From NCBI GenBank assembly GCA_965223415.1, contig OZ245002.1, forward strand, positions 2,016,001 to 2,080,000: a DNA stretch of 64,000 nucleotides. Direction: 5' to 3'. Shown here piece by piece: positions 15,857 through 28,773 of this stretch. The notes under the pieces were generated by a model that saw nothing but the letters and a program-made list of their open reading frames with translations, had not been told where the DNA came from and did not search any database. The DNA is from Myxococcota bacterium (GTDB lineage: Bacteria > Myxococcota_A > UBA9160 > UBA6930). The translations under genes and the position numbers were made by a program. Each line of letters starts with the position of its first letter. Position 1 is the stretch's first letter.

Positions 15857-16007
15857 CTCTATCCTTTCTTGACTCTTCGCTCGCCTCCCCCGAGGCGAAG
15901 CCTCGCGGGGGCTCGCTGCGCGCGCCGGCAGCGCTTGCGGCGGGACGGGCTCGCGGCTTCGCCGCATCGCTCGCTTGCCGTGGACGGGGTTGAGTCGACC
16001 AGGGACG

Positions 16008-16047
16008 AAGACACGGCCCGGCGGCCATGGTGCCGCCGGGCCGTCTT
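16008..16047. terminator. Strong hairpin between convergent atpE and hicA
   Basis: ACGGCCCGGCGGC ... GCCGCCGGGCCGT stem followed by CTT. Confidence 0.55.
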
Positions 16048-16061
16048 GCGTGCGGGCCCGT

Positions 16062-16247
16062 TCAAGGCCTGGGGATCTCGAGGTCTCGGCAGATCCGTAG
16101 AACGAGCAGCTCCCGGACCTCGCGGTGGCGAGGCAGTGTCGAAACGCGGCCGGTCCGGCCATGCACGTAGACAGAATGCCTACTGCCCTCGCGAAGAAGG
16201 CGACAGCCGTGACGTCGGAGATGACGCTCCAGATCGCGCCGCTTCAC
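16062..16247 (-). CDS. hicA: HicA-family toxin
   Basis: 61 aa, LREGSRHSVY, LPRHREV, RICRDLEIP. Confidence 0.9.
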   Translation of the reverse strand: MKRRDLERHLRRHGCRLLREGSRHSVYVHGRTGRVSTLPRHREVRELLVLRICRDLEIPRP

Positions 16248-16474
16248 CCGCCGGCGATCTTGAGCAGCTCCCGGATCACCTCCCCCTCGCCTGCTTCGCG
16301 CCGGGCGAGCTCGCGATTCGCCTGGAGGACCAACGCGACGGCTTCTTTGAGGTTGTCCCGCGCCTCATCCAGCGTCGCGCCCTGGGTGTTCGCGCCCGGC
16401 AGCTCCTCGACGAAGGCGACGTAGCCGTCGTCGACCCTCCGGAACACTGCGGTGAACGTCAGCTCCATGTCCAT
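16244..16474 (-). CDS. hicB: HicB-family antitoxin (short form)
   Basis: GYVAFVEELPGANTQGATLDEARDNLKEA; overlaps hicA by 4 nt. Confidence 0.9.
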   Translation of the reverse strand: MDMELTFTAVFRRVDDGYVAFVEELPGANTQGATLDEARDNLKEAVALVLQANRELARREAGEGEVIRELLKIAGG

Positions 16475-16850
16475 CTCCGCTTCTCCTCCAATCTAGCCCG
16501 CTGACCCCCACCACCGCCTACCCGGCAAGCAAGCCGAAGGGAGCGGAGAGTCACGAAGAGGCTGAATGAAGCCTCCGGGCGGGAGCAAGCGACGCGGGTC
16601 TCACCCCGTGTTGAATCCCCACGCCGCAGCCGAGCTCACGCCCGGAGGCTTCGGCCCGCGTGATCCCCGGTCCCGTCGAGGGATGCTTGCGGGCGGGCGC
16701 CTCTCGGCGCCGTGGCGTTTCGCAATCGCAACCCGCGTGCCACTCTCTGCCGATGCCCGGAAGGAACGAAAGCTCAAGGGCTGCGGGCGCTTGCGCCGCG
16801 CCGGCTCCGCCCGGGCCGGCTACGGGTGAACGACGGCGGGCGGTGGGCCC

Positions 16851-17468
16851 GTGAACGACGGTGCACGCGGCGTGTTCATCGTGTTCGAGGGGGTCGACGG
16901 GAGCGGCAAGTCGACCCAGGTCGTGCGGCTGGCAGCGCGGCTGGAGCAGGCGGGACACGCCGTGGTGTCGACCCGCGAGCCCCACGATTGCCCGGCCGGG
17001 CGACGCATCCGGGCGATGGCGCGGAGCGGCGAGCGGGTGAGCGCCGAGCAGGAGCTGGCGTGGTTCCAGGAGCAGCGCCGCGAGCACGTGCGCGACGTCA
17101 TCGCCCCGGCACTGGCCGAACGCCGCACGGTGGTGTGCGATCGCTACTACCTCTCCTCCGTCGCCTATCAAGGCGCTCGCGGTCTCGATCCGGCGCGTAT
17201 CCTCCGCGAGAGCGAGGCGGAGTTCCCCCACCCGGATCTGGTGCTGCTTCTGAACCTGGGGCCCGAGGAGGGCCTCGGACGGGTAGAGGGGCGGGGCGGC
17301 CCCGCCGAGCCGGTCTTCGAGGATCGCGAGCGCCTGCGGGCGGTGGACGCAATCTATCGCACCCTCGATCTCGCCTACCTGACGCCGGTGGACGCGAGTG
17401 GGTCCGAGGACGCGGTAGCGGACGAGGTGTGCACTCTCGTTCGCGAGCGCCTCGACCTGATGGTGTAA
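16851..17468 (+). CDS. tmk: Thymidylate kinase
   Basis: FEGVDGSGKSTQ, TREP, CDRYYLSSVAYQG. Confidence 0.95.
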   Translation: MNDGARGVFIVFEGVDGSGKSTQVVRLAARLEQAGHAVVSTREPHDCPAGRRIRAMARSGERVSAEQELAWFQEQRREHVRDVIAPALAERRTVVCDRYYLSSVAYQGARGLDPARILRESEAEFPHPDLVLLLNLGPEEGLGRVEGRGGPAEPVFEDRERLRAVDAIYRTLDLAYLTPVDASGSEDAVADEVCTLVRERLDLMV

Positions 17469-17479
17469 ACTCCCTCGCC

Positions 17480-18751
17480 ATGCCCGAGCACTCGCTGGCC
17501 GAGGCCGACCCGGCGCATCGCTACCTGGCGGTCCGCAACGCGTCGTCGGGCCTCGTGGCGCCCCTCTCCCCGGAAGACTGCACGCCCCAATCGATGCCCG
17601 ACGCGAGCCCCGCGAAGTGGCACCTGGCCCACACGAGCTGGTTCTTCGAGACCTTCGTGCTCGAGCCCCACGGCGGCGACTACGTGGCCTTCGATCCCGC
17701 CTTCCGCGTGCTCTTCAACTCCTACTACCACTCGGTGGGCGATCAGTACTTCCGCCCCCAGCGCGGGCTCGTGACGCGGCCCGGCCTGGACGAGATCCGG
17801 GCGTATCGCGCGCACGTCGACGCGGCGATGCTACGGGTGTTGGAGGCGGGCTCTCTCGGCGACGAGGAGCTCGGTGTCGTGGAGGTGGGTCTCCACCACG
17901 AGCAGCAGCACCAGGAGCTGATCGTCACCGACCTGAAGCACCTCCTGGCGCACAACCCGGCCCATCCACCCTACCGGCGCGATCTCGAGGAATCGACGCC
18001 GACCGCGGTGGAATCGCTCGGCTGGCACCGGGTGCCCGAGGGCACCCACGAGGTCGGTCACGGCGGCCGGGACTTCGCCTTCGACAACGAGGGGCCGCGG
18101 CACCCGGTGATGCTGCAGGAGGCCCGCATCGCCTCGCGGCTGGTGACCAACGGCGAGTACCTGGAGTTCATGGAGGACGGCGGCTACCAGCGCCCCGAGC
18201 TCTGGCTCTCGGACGGCTGGGCGACGGTCCAGGAGCGGGCGTGGCAGGCGCCGCTCTACTGGCTCGAAGGCGAAGGCGAGGCTCGGGTGCAGACCCTCGG
18301 CGGCGCACGCGCCCTCCGCCGGGACGAGCCCGTCACCCACGTGAGTGCGTACGAGGCCGACGCCTACGCGCGCTGGGCCGGCGCGCGTCTTCCCACCGAG
18401 TTCGAATGGGAGGTGTTGGCGGAGGCCCAGCCGCTGAAGGGGAACTTCGTCGAGAACGATCGCTTCCATCCCGCGCCGGCCCCGTCCGGCGAGCCTGCCG
18501 ACGGGCCGAGGCAGCTGTTCGGCGACACCTGGGAGTGGACCCAGAGTGCCTACGCGCCCTACCCGGGCTACCGCCCTCCCGAAGGCGCCCTCGGCGAGTA
18601 CAACGGCAAGTTCATGGTGAACCAGCTCGTGCTGCGTGGTGGCTCCTGCGCGTCGCCCAACAGCCACCTGCGGCCGAGCTACCGGAACTTCTTCTACCCC
18701 GACGCTCGTTGGCAGTTCTCCGGCATTCGCCTCGCCCGCGACGTCGACTGA
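17480..18751 (+). CDS. egtB: Ergothioneine biosynthesis sulfoxide synthase EgtB
   Basis: [28 protein letters not shown]-type domain ending [19 protein letters not shown]. Confidence 0.93.
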   Translation: MPEHSLAEADPAHRYLAVRNASSGLVAPLSPEDCTPQSMPDASPAKWHLAHTSWFFETFVLEPHGGDYVAFDPAFRVLFNSYYHSVGDQYFRPQRGLVTRPGLDEIRAYRAHVDAAMLRVLEAGSLGDEELGVVEVGLHHEQQHQELIVTDLKHLLAHNPAHPPYRRDLEESTPTAVESLGWHRVPEGTHEVGHGGRDFAFDNEGPRHPVMLQEARIASRLVTNGEYLEFMEDGGYQRPELWLSDGWATVQERAWQAPLYWLEGEGEARVQTLGGARALRRDEPVTHVSAYEADAYARWAGARLPTEFEWEVLAEAQPLKGNFVENDRFHPAPAPSGEPADGPRQLFGDTWEWTQSAYAPYPGYRPPEGALGEYNGKFMVNQLVLRGGSCASPNSHLRPSYRNFFYPDARWQFSGIRLARDVD

Positions 18752-18764
18752 GAGGAGGCCCTCC

Positions 18765-19523
18765 GTGTCGTGGTTCCATCGCTTCGCGCTGCTCGTGCTC
18801 GCTCTCTTCGCCAGCGGCTGCGCCAGCACCTACTACCACACGTACCAGGAAGCCAACCCGGGCTGGTTCCCCACCGTGCCGTCTCCTGGCGCGTCGCTCC
18901 ACGAGGTGCTGGCGTTCCTCTACGCACCGCCCCAGGCCGACTACAGCCGGTTGATCTCGAAGCTGGACGTGATCCGGCTCGGCGAAGGTGGCGAGCAGAA
19001 GCTCGACGAGCCCCAGATCCAGGCGGCGCTCGCCGGGAGCACGGGCGATCTGGTGGTGATCGCCAACCAGGCCTGCCGCTCGGAGGTGGACCTGAAGCGC
19101 TACGCCGGAGAGAAGGTCGGTTGGTTCCTGCTCCGCGACGGCAAGCTCCTGTCCTACGACACCTTCGAGTTCGGGCATCGCTGTGTGGTGGCGAACGACT
19201 TCCGGCCGGCGGACGCCTCCGCTGCCGCCACCGAGGCGAGGATCGCGGCCTACGCGGAGCGACACTTCCCGACGTCGATGGCCCACGTCGGAGAGTTCTA
19301 CCGCAAGGGCCTCGCCTATCTCCGAGTGGAGCGCATCGCGGATGCCGAGCGGATGCTGGCCGCCGGCGACGGCGCACACGACGTCGGGTCGCGGGGCGAG
19401 AGGCGGATCCACTTCGAGGGCCCGTCCCGCTCGAGCCAGGTGACCGACGCGGCCGGCGTGGAGCGCTTCCGCATGCAGCTCGTGAAGGCGCTCGAGCGCC
19501 GGCGGAACGAAGCCGGGCACTAG
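18765..19523 (+). CDS. Hypothetical lipoprotein
   Basis: GGAGG RBS, GTG start, signal peptide with lipobox ASGC. Confidence 0.7.
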   Translation: MSWFHRFALLVLALFASGCASTYYHTYQEANPGWFPTVPSPGASLHEVLAFLYAPPQADYSRLISKLDVIRLGEGGEQKLDEPQIQAALAGSTGDLVVIANQACRSEVDLKRYAGEKVGWFLLRDGKLLSYDTFEFGHRCVVANDFRPADASAAATEARIAAYAERHFPTSMAHVGEFYRKGLAYLRVERIADAERMLAAGDGAHDVGSRGERRIHFEGPSRSSQVTDAAGVERFRMQLVKALERRRNEAGH

Positions 19524-19529
19524 CGAGAG

Positions 19530-20401
19530 CTACTCGAAGGGCTCCGGCGGCTCGGGCTCGGGGGCCGGGGGGAGCGGCTCCGCCGCGGCATGGAGGCGGC
19601 GCATCACGAGCACGCCGAAGCCCACCAGCAGGCCGCTCGCCGCGACCAGCAGCGGATGGGTGTGGCCGTCGTGGGTGTTGAAGCCCTGGATGGGGAAGTC
19701 TTCGGCGAAGGTCAGGGCGAGCAGGCCCGTACCGTTCAGGAGGCCCTGGAGCAGGATGCCCGGCAGGAGGGAGCCGGTGGCCAGGCGCAGGCCGCCGAGG
19801 ACGCCGCCCTCGAAGAGGGCCTGGAGGACGACGACGACGAAGGCGTACTCGTTCGCCGCGCTGGTGAGCGCACGTACCAAGGTGAAGAGCAGGGTGGTCA
19901 GGAGCAAGCCGCGCGCCACACCGAGCTGGGCCACGGTGCCCTGCAGCAAGACGCCGCGGAAGAAGAACTCCTCGATCACCGGGCGCAGCAGAACGGCGAA
20001 GAGCGCGATCTCCAGGGTGAGGAGGCCGCGGGGCGAGAGCGCGCCAGCGGCCTCGGACGTCTCGCCCGGCTGCGGCGGCTCGGGCCGCTCCAGGACGAGG
20101 GCGACCAGGTTCTCGAGCTCCGAGAGCCAGAGCACGAGCGGCACCAGGGCAAGCACCAGCAGCACCTGCTGCGGGGGGAAGCCGCACAGCCCGATGCGGC
20201 GCTCGGCGGGGGCGGGCACGCGGCGCGCCGCGAAGGTGCCGATGCCTCCGAAGCCCAGGACCATGCCGGCCGCGAGCCCGGCGACCACGTTCCCGGCGAC
20301 CGCCAGGGGCGCAACGACGAACAGCATCACGAGCAGCGCCGCCAGGGTCAGCATCGAGGCCGTGCCGGCGCTGGGGAAGGCGTGGGGATCCGCGGGCTCG
20401 C

Positions 20402-20405
<4 letters not shown>
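19530..20405 (-). CDS. CPBP-family intramembrane metalloprotease-like protein
   Basis: [10 protein letters not shown] motif, multiple TM segments, [10 protein letters not shown]. Confidence 0.8.
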
Positions 20406-23208
<2,803 letters not shown>

Positions 23209-23212
<4 letters not shown>

Positions 23213-24213
23213 AACGTGTCGTCGTCCGTGTCGAGCCTCAGCTCCGCCGCGTTCTCCGCGAACATGCCCTTGCGCTCGATGTAGGTCTGGTCGCGCATCT
23301 TGTCGACGAACTTCCGGTACTCCTCGGCCATCCGCTGCTCGAAGAGCTGGGCGTGGAGCGGCTCGCGCGCCTGCTCCCAGGTGATCTGCTGGTAGGGGCG
23401 CCGCTCCACCACCTCGATCAGGTTGCAGCCGAAGGGGGCCTCGACCACCTGGCTCACGTCTCCGGGCTCGAGATCGGCGACGGCGCGGAGCATCCACCCG
23501 GCCACCTCGTTCTCGTGCAGCCAGCCGATCGTGCCGCCGACCTCCGGGTTCACCTCGGACAGCTGGCTGGCGACGTCGCGGAAGGTCTCACCGCTGGCGA
23601 TGCGGGCGCGGGCGGCGCCCACGCGCATGCAGGCGGTGGTGCGTCCGCTCTTCTCGTCTTCCGGGAAGGTGACGAGGATCTGGCGCAGGTAGAACTCCTC
23701 GCCGCCGCTCGGCTGGTTCGAGAACTCCCGGTCGAAGATCTCGCGGACTTCCTTGTCTCCGAGCCTCACCTTCGAGGCGACCATGCCGCTCATCACCTTC
23801 TGGTGCTCGATCTCACCGCGGATCTTCTCGCGGTAGGTCTCGAAGGGCATGCCCTGGGCGTCGACGGTGGCGCGCAGCTCCTCCAGGGTGAGCTGATTCT
23901 CGTGGGCGATGTCGGCGACCGCCTGGTCCACCTCGGCGTCGCTGGCGTCGAGCTCGGCGCGCTTCACCATCTGACGGATCAGGGCGCGCTCGATCATGCG
24001 CTCGAGGATCTCCAGGTGGAGCACCGCGACGTCCTTCTCGCCGCCGCCTTCCTCGCGGATGCGCGCCTCGGCGGGCGCGGCCGCCTGGAGCACCTCGGAG
24101 ACGAGCACGATCTCGCTGCCCACCTGGGCGGCGATGCCGTCGATCACCTCGGCGGCCCGGAGCGGCTGGGTCGGGACGAGGGTGGCGAGCAGAAGGGCGG
24201 CAAGCAGTCGCAT
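23209..24213 (-). CDS. SurA-like peptidyl-prolyl isomerase / chaperone
   Basis: Signal peptide, [18 protein letters not shown]urA_N-like segment, parvulin-like domain. Confidence 0.85.
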
Positions 24214-24350
24214 GACGGGGCCTCGTGGCGGGAGGCGGCCGAAGGTAACGCCTGGGGCGGCGCGGAACGAGGCTCCGGGGCCGATTGGTCCCCTGGAGGG
24301 AGGATGGATTGGATCTGTCGGGACCGATTGGACCCTTCTATCCTCGGGTC

Positions 24351-25838
24351 GTGCAGGAGCTGCCCTTCGCCGCGGATCGGGAGGCCGTCGCGCCGGTCTA
24401 CCTCCAGCTGGCCGACCACCTGGGCCAGCTGATCGAGACCGGCCGCCTGCGCTCGGGGGAGCGGCTGCCCGCCAGCCGGGAGCTGGCGGTCTCGCTCGGG
24501 CTCTCGCGGAACACGGTGAACCAGGCGTACCAGACGCTGATCGACCGGGATCTCCTGTGGGCGCGGGTCGGCCAGGGGACCTTCGTGCGCGAGGCCCCCG
24601 CCGCGTCCGCCGTCGCGGTGCCGGCGGCGGGGCGGCGCTTCGTCTGGGAGAGCCTGCTCTCGGGTCCGGCGCGTGCGCTGCCGTCGCGGCTGCCCCGCGA
24701 GCCCGGTGCGACGCCCTACGACTTTCGTGCCGGCCGGGTCGCACCGGAGCTGCTTCCGCTGGCGGAGCTGCGCCGGCTGTTCGGCAGCGTGATCGAGCGG
24801 GACGGGACGGCGCTGGCGAACCACCTGGAGCCGCGCGGCTGGCCGCCGCTGCGCGAGGCGATCGCCGCCTCGCTGGTGGCCCGGGGCGTGCGCTGCACCG
24901 CGGACGAGGTGGTGGTGGTGGCCGGCGCCCAGCAGGCCCTCGACGCGGTGGCGCGGCTGCTGGTGGACCCGGGGGACGCGGTGGCGCTCGAGAACCCCGG
25001 ATACTTCGGCGCGGATTTCGCCTTCCGCGCGGCCCGCGCCCACCGGATCCCGATCGGCGTGGACGGGGATGGGCTCGACACCGACGCTCTGGCGCGGGTG
25101 CTCGGGCGGGTGCGGCTGAAGCTGATCTACGCGACGCCCGCCGTGCAGCAGCCCACCGGTGTGGCGCTGTCGGAGCCGCGCCGGGCCGCGCTGCTGGCGC
25201 TCTCCGAGTCGGCGCAGGTCCCCATCGTCGAGGACGACTACGACGGCGAGCTGCGTCTCGACGATCCGGTGCGCCCGGCACTCAAGACCGCGGACGCCGC
25301 GGGTCAGGTGATCTACGTGGGCACCTTCTCGAAGGCGCTCTTCCCGGCGCTGCGGCTGGGCTACGTGGTGGCGCCGGTGCCGCTGCTGGACCGGCTCGCG
25401 GCCACCAAGCTCGCCAGCGCCATGGCGACGCCGGCCCTCGAGCAGGCGGTGCTCGCCGAGTGGATCACGAGCGAGGGCTTTGCCCGGCACGTGCGCCGGG
25501 TGCGGCGGGAGATCCGGATGCGGGTGGAGGCGGGGATGGAGGCCATCGCCGCCTGCCTTCCCGAGGGCACCGAGGTGCAGCGTCCGGCCGGCGGCGGCGG
25601 GCTGTGGGTGACGCTGCCGTCGGGGCTCGACGCCCGCGCCCTGGCCCACGCCGCGCGGGAAGCGGGGGTGTGGGTGTACTTCGGCTCGGGCTTCGCGACC
25701 GGCGACGACGCGGGCCACGGCCTGCAGCGCAACCTGCTCGTCGCCGTGGGTGCCGTGGCCGAAGGTGACGTCCGCGAGGGGATCGCGCGTCTCGGGGCCT
25801 GCGCAACGGCCCTGCAGCCAGGACGGAGGACGACGTGA
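24351..25838 (+). CDS. MocR/GabR-family PLP-dependent transcriptional regulator
   Basis: GntR HTH (LPASRELA..SRNTV..GQGTFV) plus aminotransferase domain (EDDYD, GTFSKALFPALRLG). Confidence 0.92.
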   Translation: MQELPFAADREAVAPVYLQLADHLGQLIETGRLRSGERLPASRELAVSLGLSRNTVNQAYQTLIDRDLLWARVGQGTFVREAPAASAVAVPAAGRRFVWESLLSGPARALPSRLPREPGATPYDFRAGRVAPELLPLAELRRLFGSVIERDGTALANHLEPRGWPPLREAIAASLVARGVRCTADEVVVVAGAQQALDAVARLLVDPGDAVALENPGYFGADFAFRAARAHRIPIGVDGDGLDTDALARVLGRVRLKLIYATPAVQQPTGVALSEPRRAALLALSESAQVPIVEDDYDGELRLDDPVRPALKTADAAGQVIYVGTFSKALFPALRLGYVVAPVPLLDRLAATKLASAMATPALEQAVLAEWITSEGFARHVRRVRREIRMRVEAGMEAIAACLPEGTEVQRPAGGGGLWVTLPSGLDARALAHAAREAGVWVYFGSGFATGDDAGHGLQRNLLVAVGAVAEGDVREGIARLGACATALQPGRRTT

Positions 25839-26236
25839 GCACACGACTCGACGGGTGGGGCTGGCTGCTGCTGGTTTTCGGCGTCGCGAGCCTGGCCAAC
25901 GGGCTGTGGGGGATGTTCGCCGCGCCCCACTGGTACGCGAACGTCGCCGCGGACACCGGGCCCTTCAACCAGCACTTCGTGCGCGACATCGGCGAGGCTT
26001 ACGGGACCGTGGGCGGCGCGCTGATCTGGGCCGCCTTCGCGCCGGCGTGGCGCGGGCCGCTCTGCGGCGTAGCGGCGATGTTCCTGGGGCTCCACGCCGT
26101 GGGCCACGTCTACGAGATCGCCATGGGCGAGCTCGACGCCCACCACTGGATCGAGGACCTGCCCGGCGTCTTCCTGCCCGGCGCCCTGTTCGTCTGGCTG
26201 ACCTTCCGTTTCCTGCGCGCGCCCGAGGAGAGCTGA
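25835..26236 (+). CDS. Small membrane protein
   Basis: Four TM segments, GPFNQHFVRDIG motif, translationally coupled to neighbours. Confidence 0.7.
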   Translation: MSTRLDGWGWLLLVFGVASLANGLWGMFAAPHWYANVAADTGPFNQHFVRDIGEAYGTVGGALIWAAFAPAWRGPLCGVAAMFLGLHAVGHVYEIAMGELDAHHWIEDLPGVFLPGALFVWLTFRFLRAPEES

Positions 26237-26788
26237 ATGAGGCTCGAGCCCATCGACCGACCTTCCTCCCTGCTGGGCGGCGTGATGTCCTTCGGCATGC
26301 GCCGGATGTTCGGGCGCGTGATCACGCCGGCGCGGGTGCTCTACAACCGGGTGCCGCGGCTGTGGAACGTCGCCTGGGCCTTCCTGCGCCTCGAGACGGG
26401 CGGGATGGCGATGCCGAAGGAGGTGGCCCTGCTGCTCCAGACGCGCATCGCGATGCTGAACGGCTGCGGCTTCTGCGCCGACATCGCCCGCGCCTACGCG
26501 ATCCGCCAGTCCCTGGGCATCGAGCGCTTCGACGCCCTGGCGAGCTGGCGCGACAGCCCGGTCTTCGACGACCGCGAGCGCGCCGCCCTCGCCTACGCCG
26601 AGGCCCTCTCCGAGCGCCGCGTCGACGACGCCCTCTTCGAGGAGCTGCGCAAGCACTGGAACGACCGGGAGATCGTCGAGATCACCACCGCCTGCGCCCT
26701 CGAGAACTACTACAACCTCATCAACCTCGCCCTCGACATCGAAGACGACGGCCTCGAACGCCTCGTGAAGAAACGGGGCCGGAGTTAA
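26237..26788 (+). CDS. Carboxymuconolactone decarboxylase / AhpD-family protein
   Basis: NGCGFC, FDDRERAALAYAE. Confidence 0.85.
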   Translation: MRLEPIDRPSSLLGGVMSFGMRRMFGRVITPARVLYNRVPRLWNVAWAFLRLETGGMAMPKEVALLLQTRIAMLNGCGFCADIARAYAIRQSLGIERFDALASWRDSPVFDDRERAALAYAEALSERRVDDALFEELRKHWNDREIVEITTACALENYYNLINLALDIEDDGLERLVKKRGRS

Positions 26789-26847
26789 GAATTCAGTTAC
26801 TCCCCCAAGGGGGAGTAACTGAATTCTTAACTCCGGCCCCGTTTCTT
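26768..26847. repeat. Perfect palindrome, 39-bp arms, 2-nt loop
   Basis: AAGAAACGGGGCCGGAGTTAAGAATTCAGTTACTCCCCC-AA-exact reverse complement. Confidence 0.95.
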
Positions 26848-26869
26848 AACTGCTAGCTTGGCGGGGACG

Positions 26870-27463
26870 ATGGTGGAGATCGTGCTGTATGGGCCGGTGA
26901 CGGCGCCGTTTACGCGGAAGGTGCAAGCGGCGCTGGCGGTGAAGAAGCTGCCCTACGAGTTCGTGGAGCCGCAGAGCCCGGAGGACTACCGGCGCTGGAA
27001 CCCGGAGACGGGGCTGCTGCCGCTGATCGACGTGAATGGCGAGCGGGTGCACGACTCGTCACGAATCCTCGACTTCCTGGACGCGCGGTTCCCCGAGCCC
27101 GCGCTCGTGGCGGCGGATCCGAAGGTGGCCCAGAGCCAGCGACGCCTGGAGCAGTGGGCCGAGGCCGCCTTCACGTTCTACTGGATCCACTACCTGCGTC
27201 GCCTGGTGGACGCGGACGAGGAAGGCGGCCCGGCGCGCACCGGCATGCGCGACGAGTTCGCCCAGCGCCTCGACGACCTGGTGAACTTCCTCGGCGGCCG
27301 CCCCTATTTCTACGCCGACGAGCCGAGCCGCGCCGACCTGGCCGTGTGGTCCTTCCTGGCGGGGGTGCGCGAGGCGGTCGGGCCGGAGGTCGCGGCGGTG
27401 CTCGAGGCGCGCCCGGCGCTGCTCGAGTACATGGCTCGCGTCGACGCCCTGCTTGACCGATGA
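26870..27463 (+). CDS. Glutathione S-transferase family protein
   Basis: APFTRKV, LPLIDVNGERVHDSSRILDFLD, PSRADLA. Confidence 0.88.
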   Translation: MVEIVLYGPVTAPFTRKVQAALAVKKLPYEFVEPQSPEDYRRWNPETGLLPLIDVNGERVHDSSRILDFLDARFPEPALVAADPKVAQSQRRLEQWAEAAFTFYWIHYLRRLVDADEEGGPARTGMRDEFAQRLDDLVNFLGGRPYFYADEPSRADLAVWSFLAGVREAVGPEVAAVLEARPALLEYMARVDALLDR

Positions 27464-27482
27464 TCTCTCCCGGGAGGACGTC

Positions 27483-27710
27483 ATGAAGGTCGAGATCAGC
27501 TACTGCGGGGTTTGAAACTACCTGCCCCGGGCCACCAGTCTGGTGGCCGCACTGAAGGACGAGCTGGGCCTGGAGGCGGAGCTCCACGAGGGCGGCGGCG
27601 GCGTGTACGACGTGGTCGCGGACGGCGCTCGGATCTTCTCCAAGCACGAGGAGGGGCGCTTCCCGGAGGATCGCGAGATCGTGGACGCCCTGAAGGAGCG
27701 CCTCGGATAG
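27483..27710 (+). CDS. SelW/SelT/Rdx-family selenoprotein (in-frame TGA read as Sec)
   Basis: GGAGG RBS; MKVEISYCGV(U)NYLPRATSL..GGVYDV..IFSK..GRFPE; TGA at 27513-27515 sits at the CxxU position; hairpin follows. Confidence 0.88.
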
Positions 27711-28021
27711 CCCGCTCCTACGAGAGGATCTACCGGGTCGTGCGGCGCATTCCGAAGGGGCGCGTCGCCACCTATGGGCAGGTGGCCGAGCTGGCGGGCC
27801 TGCCCCGGCAGGCGCGCCAGGTGGGCTACGCCCTCCACGCCCTGCCCGACGGCTCCCGCGTCCCGTGGCAGCGGGTCGTCAACGCGCGGGGCGAGGTGAG
27901 CGAGCGCGCCGTCCCGGGCATCGAGCCCGTCCAGCGCGCCATCCTCGAGGCTGAAGGCGTGGTCTTCGACGGGCGGGGGCGCGTCGACCTCTCCCGCTAC
28001 CGCTGGCGTCAGAGGACGTAG
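27707..28021 (+). CDS. MGMT/Atl-family alkyltransferase-like DNA-binding protein (start uncertain)
   Basis: IPKGRVATYGQVA, ARQVG, PWQRVVN (W in place of catalytic C). Confidence 0.85.
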   Translation: MARSYERIYRVVRRIPKGRVATYGQVAELAGLPRQARQVGYALHALPDGSRVPWQRVVNARGEVSERAVPGIEPVQRAILEAEGVVFDGRGRVDLSRYRWRQRT

Positions 28022-28731
28022 ATGCCCGCACGCTCCGCGATGTACTTCGCGAGGGCCTCTTCCTCTTTGGGGTCCACCTCGGTGAAGCGGACGCCCATCC
28101 CGACGGGCCGGTTGGACTTGCGCAGATTGCCCGGCACGTTCGTCGACATGACCTCGGCCTGCACGGCCACGGACCCGTCCGGCATCAGGAACTCGACCTC
28201 GAGGGAGGCGCCGTTGCCGCTCGGACGCGGTGTCTCGAGAAAGGCGCCGCGCAGGGACAGGTTGTGGACGCCCGCCGGCTTGCGCCCGGCCCCGGAGTGG
28301 ACGAGGGCCGCCAGCTGGGTGGGCACGCGAAGCATGTCGCGCACGTCGCCGCGGGTCTCGTCGAAGGCGGCCTGGTTCAGGACGAAGCGCAGCTCGCTGT
28401 CGTGATAGGGATCGAAGAGGCCGAAGCTGGCGCCGGCCGCGCGGGCGTCCGCGATCGTGTCGGCGTCCGGCCGCATCCCGAGCAGGACGATCTTCAGGGT
28501 CGCCGGCGAGCGGACCTCCCGCAGGCTCGCGACGAGGCCCGGGGCATCGCGGGCGTCGCTGCTGACCAGCGCCACCCGGATGAGCTCCTCGCGCGTCAGC
28601 AGCTGTCCCGCATGCACGCTGTCCCGGGCCGGTGAGGCGCGGAAGCCGACCGCCCACAGCCGATCGCACAGCGCCACCTTCGCTTCCTCGTGGCCGCAGC
28701 CGATCACCAGTGCGTGCGCGCGCTTCGCCAT
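28009..28731 (-). CDS. PilZ-domain protein with receiver-like N-terminus
   Basis: RxxxR (RDMLR), NLSLRGAF, GMGVRF. Confidence 0.75.
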   Translation of the reverse strand: MAKRAHALVIGCGHEEAKVALCDRLWAVGFRASPARDSVHAGQLLTREELIRVALVSSDARDAPGLVASLREVRSPATLKIVLLGMRPDADTIADARAAGASFGLFDPYHDSELRFVLNQAAFDETRGDVRDMLRVPTQLAALVHSGAGRKPAGVHNLSLRGAFLETPRPSGNGASLEVEFLMPDGSVAVQAEVMSTNVPGNLRKSNRPVGMGVRFTEVDPKEEEALAKYIAERAGIYVL

Positions 28732-28773
28732 GTGGAGCGCTCATCGGCGCCCCCGCCGCCTGGGTTGAACCCT

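Noticed and set aside
16550..16830. Possible SRP, 6S or RNase P RNA (CCGGAAGGAA motif)
   Set aside because: Lacks the rest of the SRP domain IV context and the RNase P signature; cannot be assigned by eye
17480..18751. egtB without adjacent egtD
   Set aside because: egt genes are often dispersed; not informative from one window
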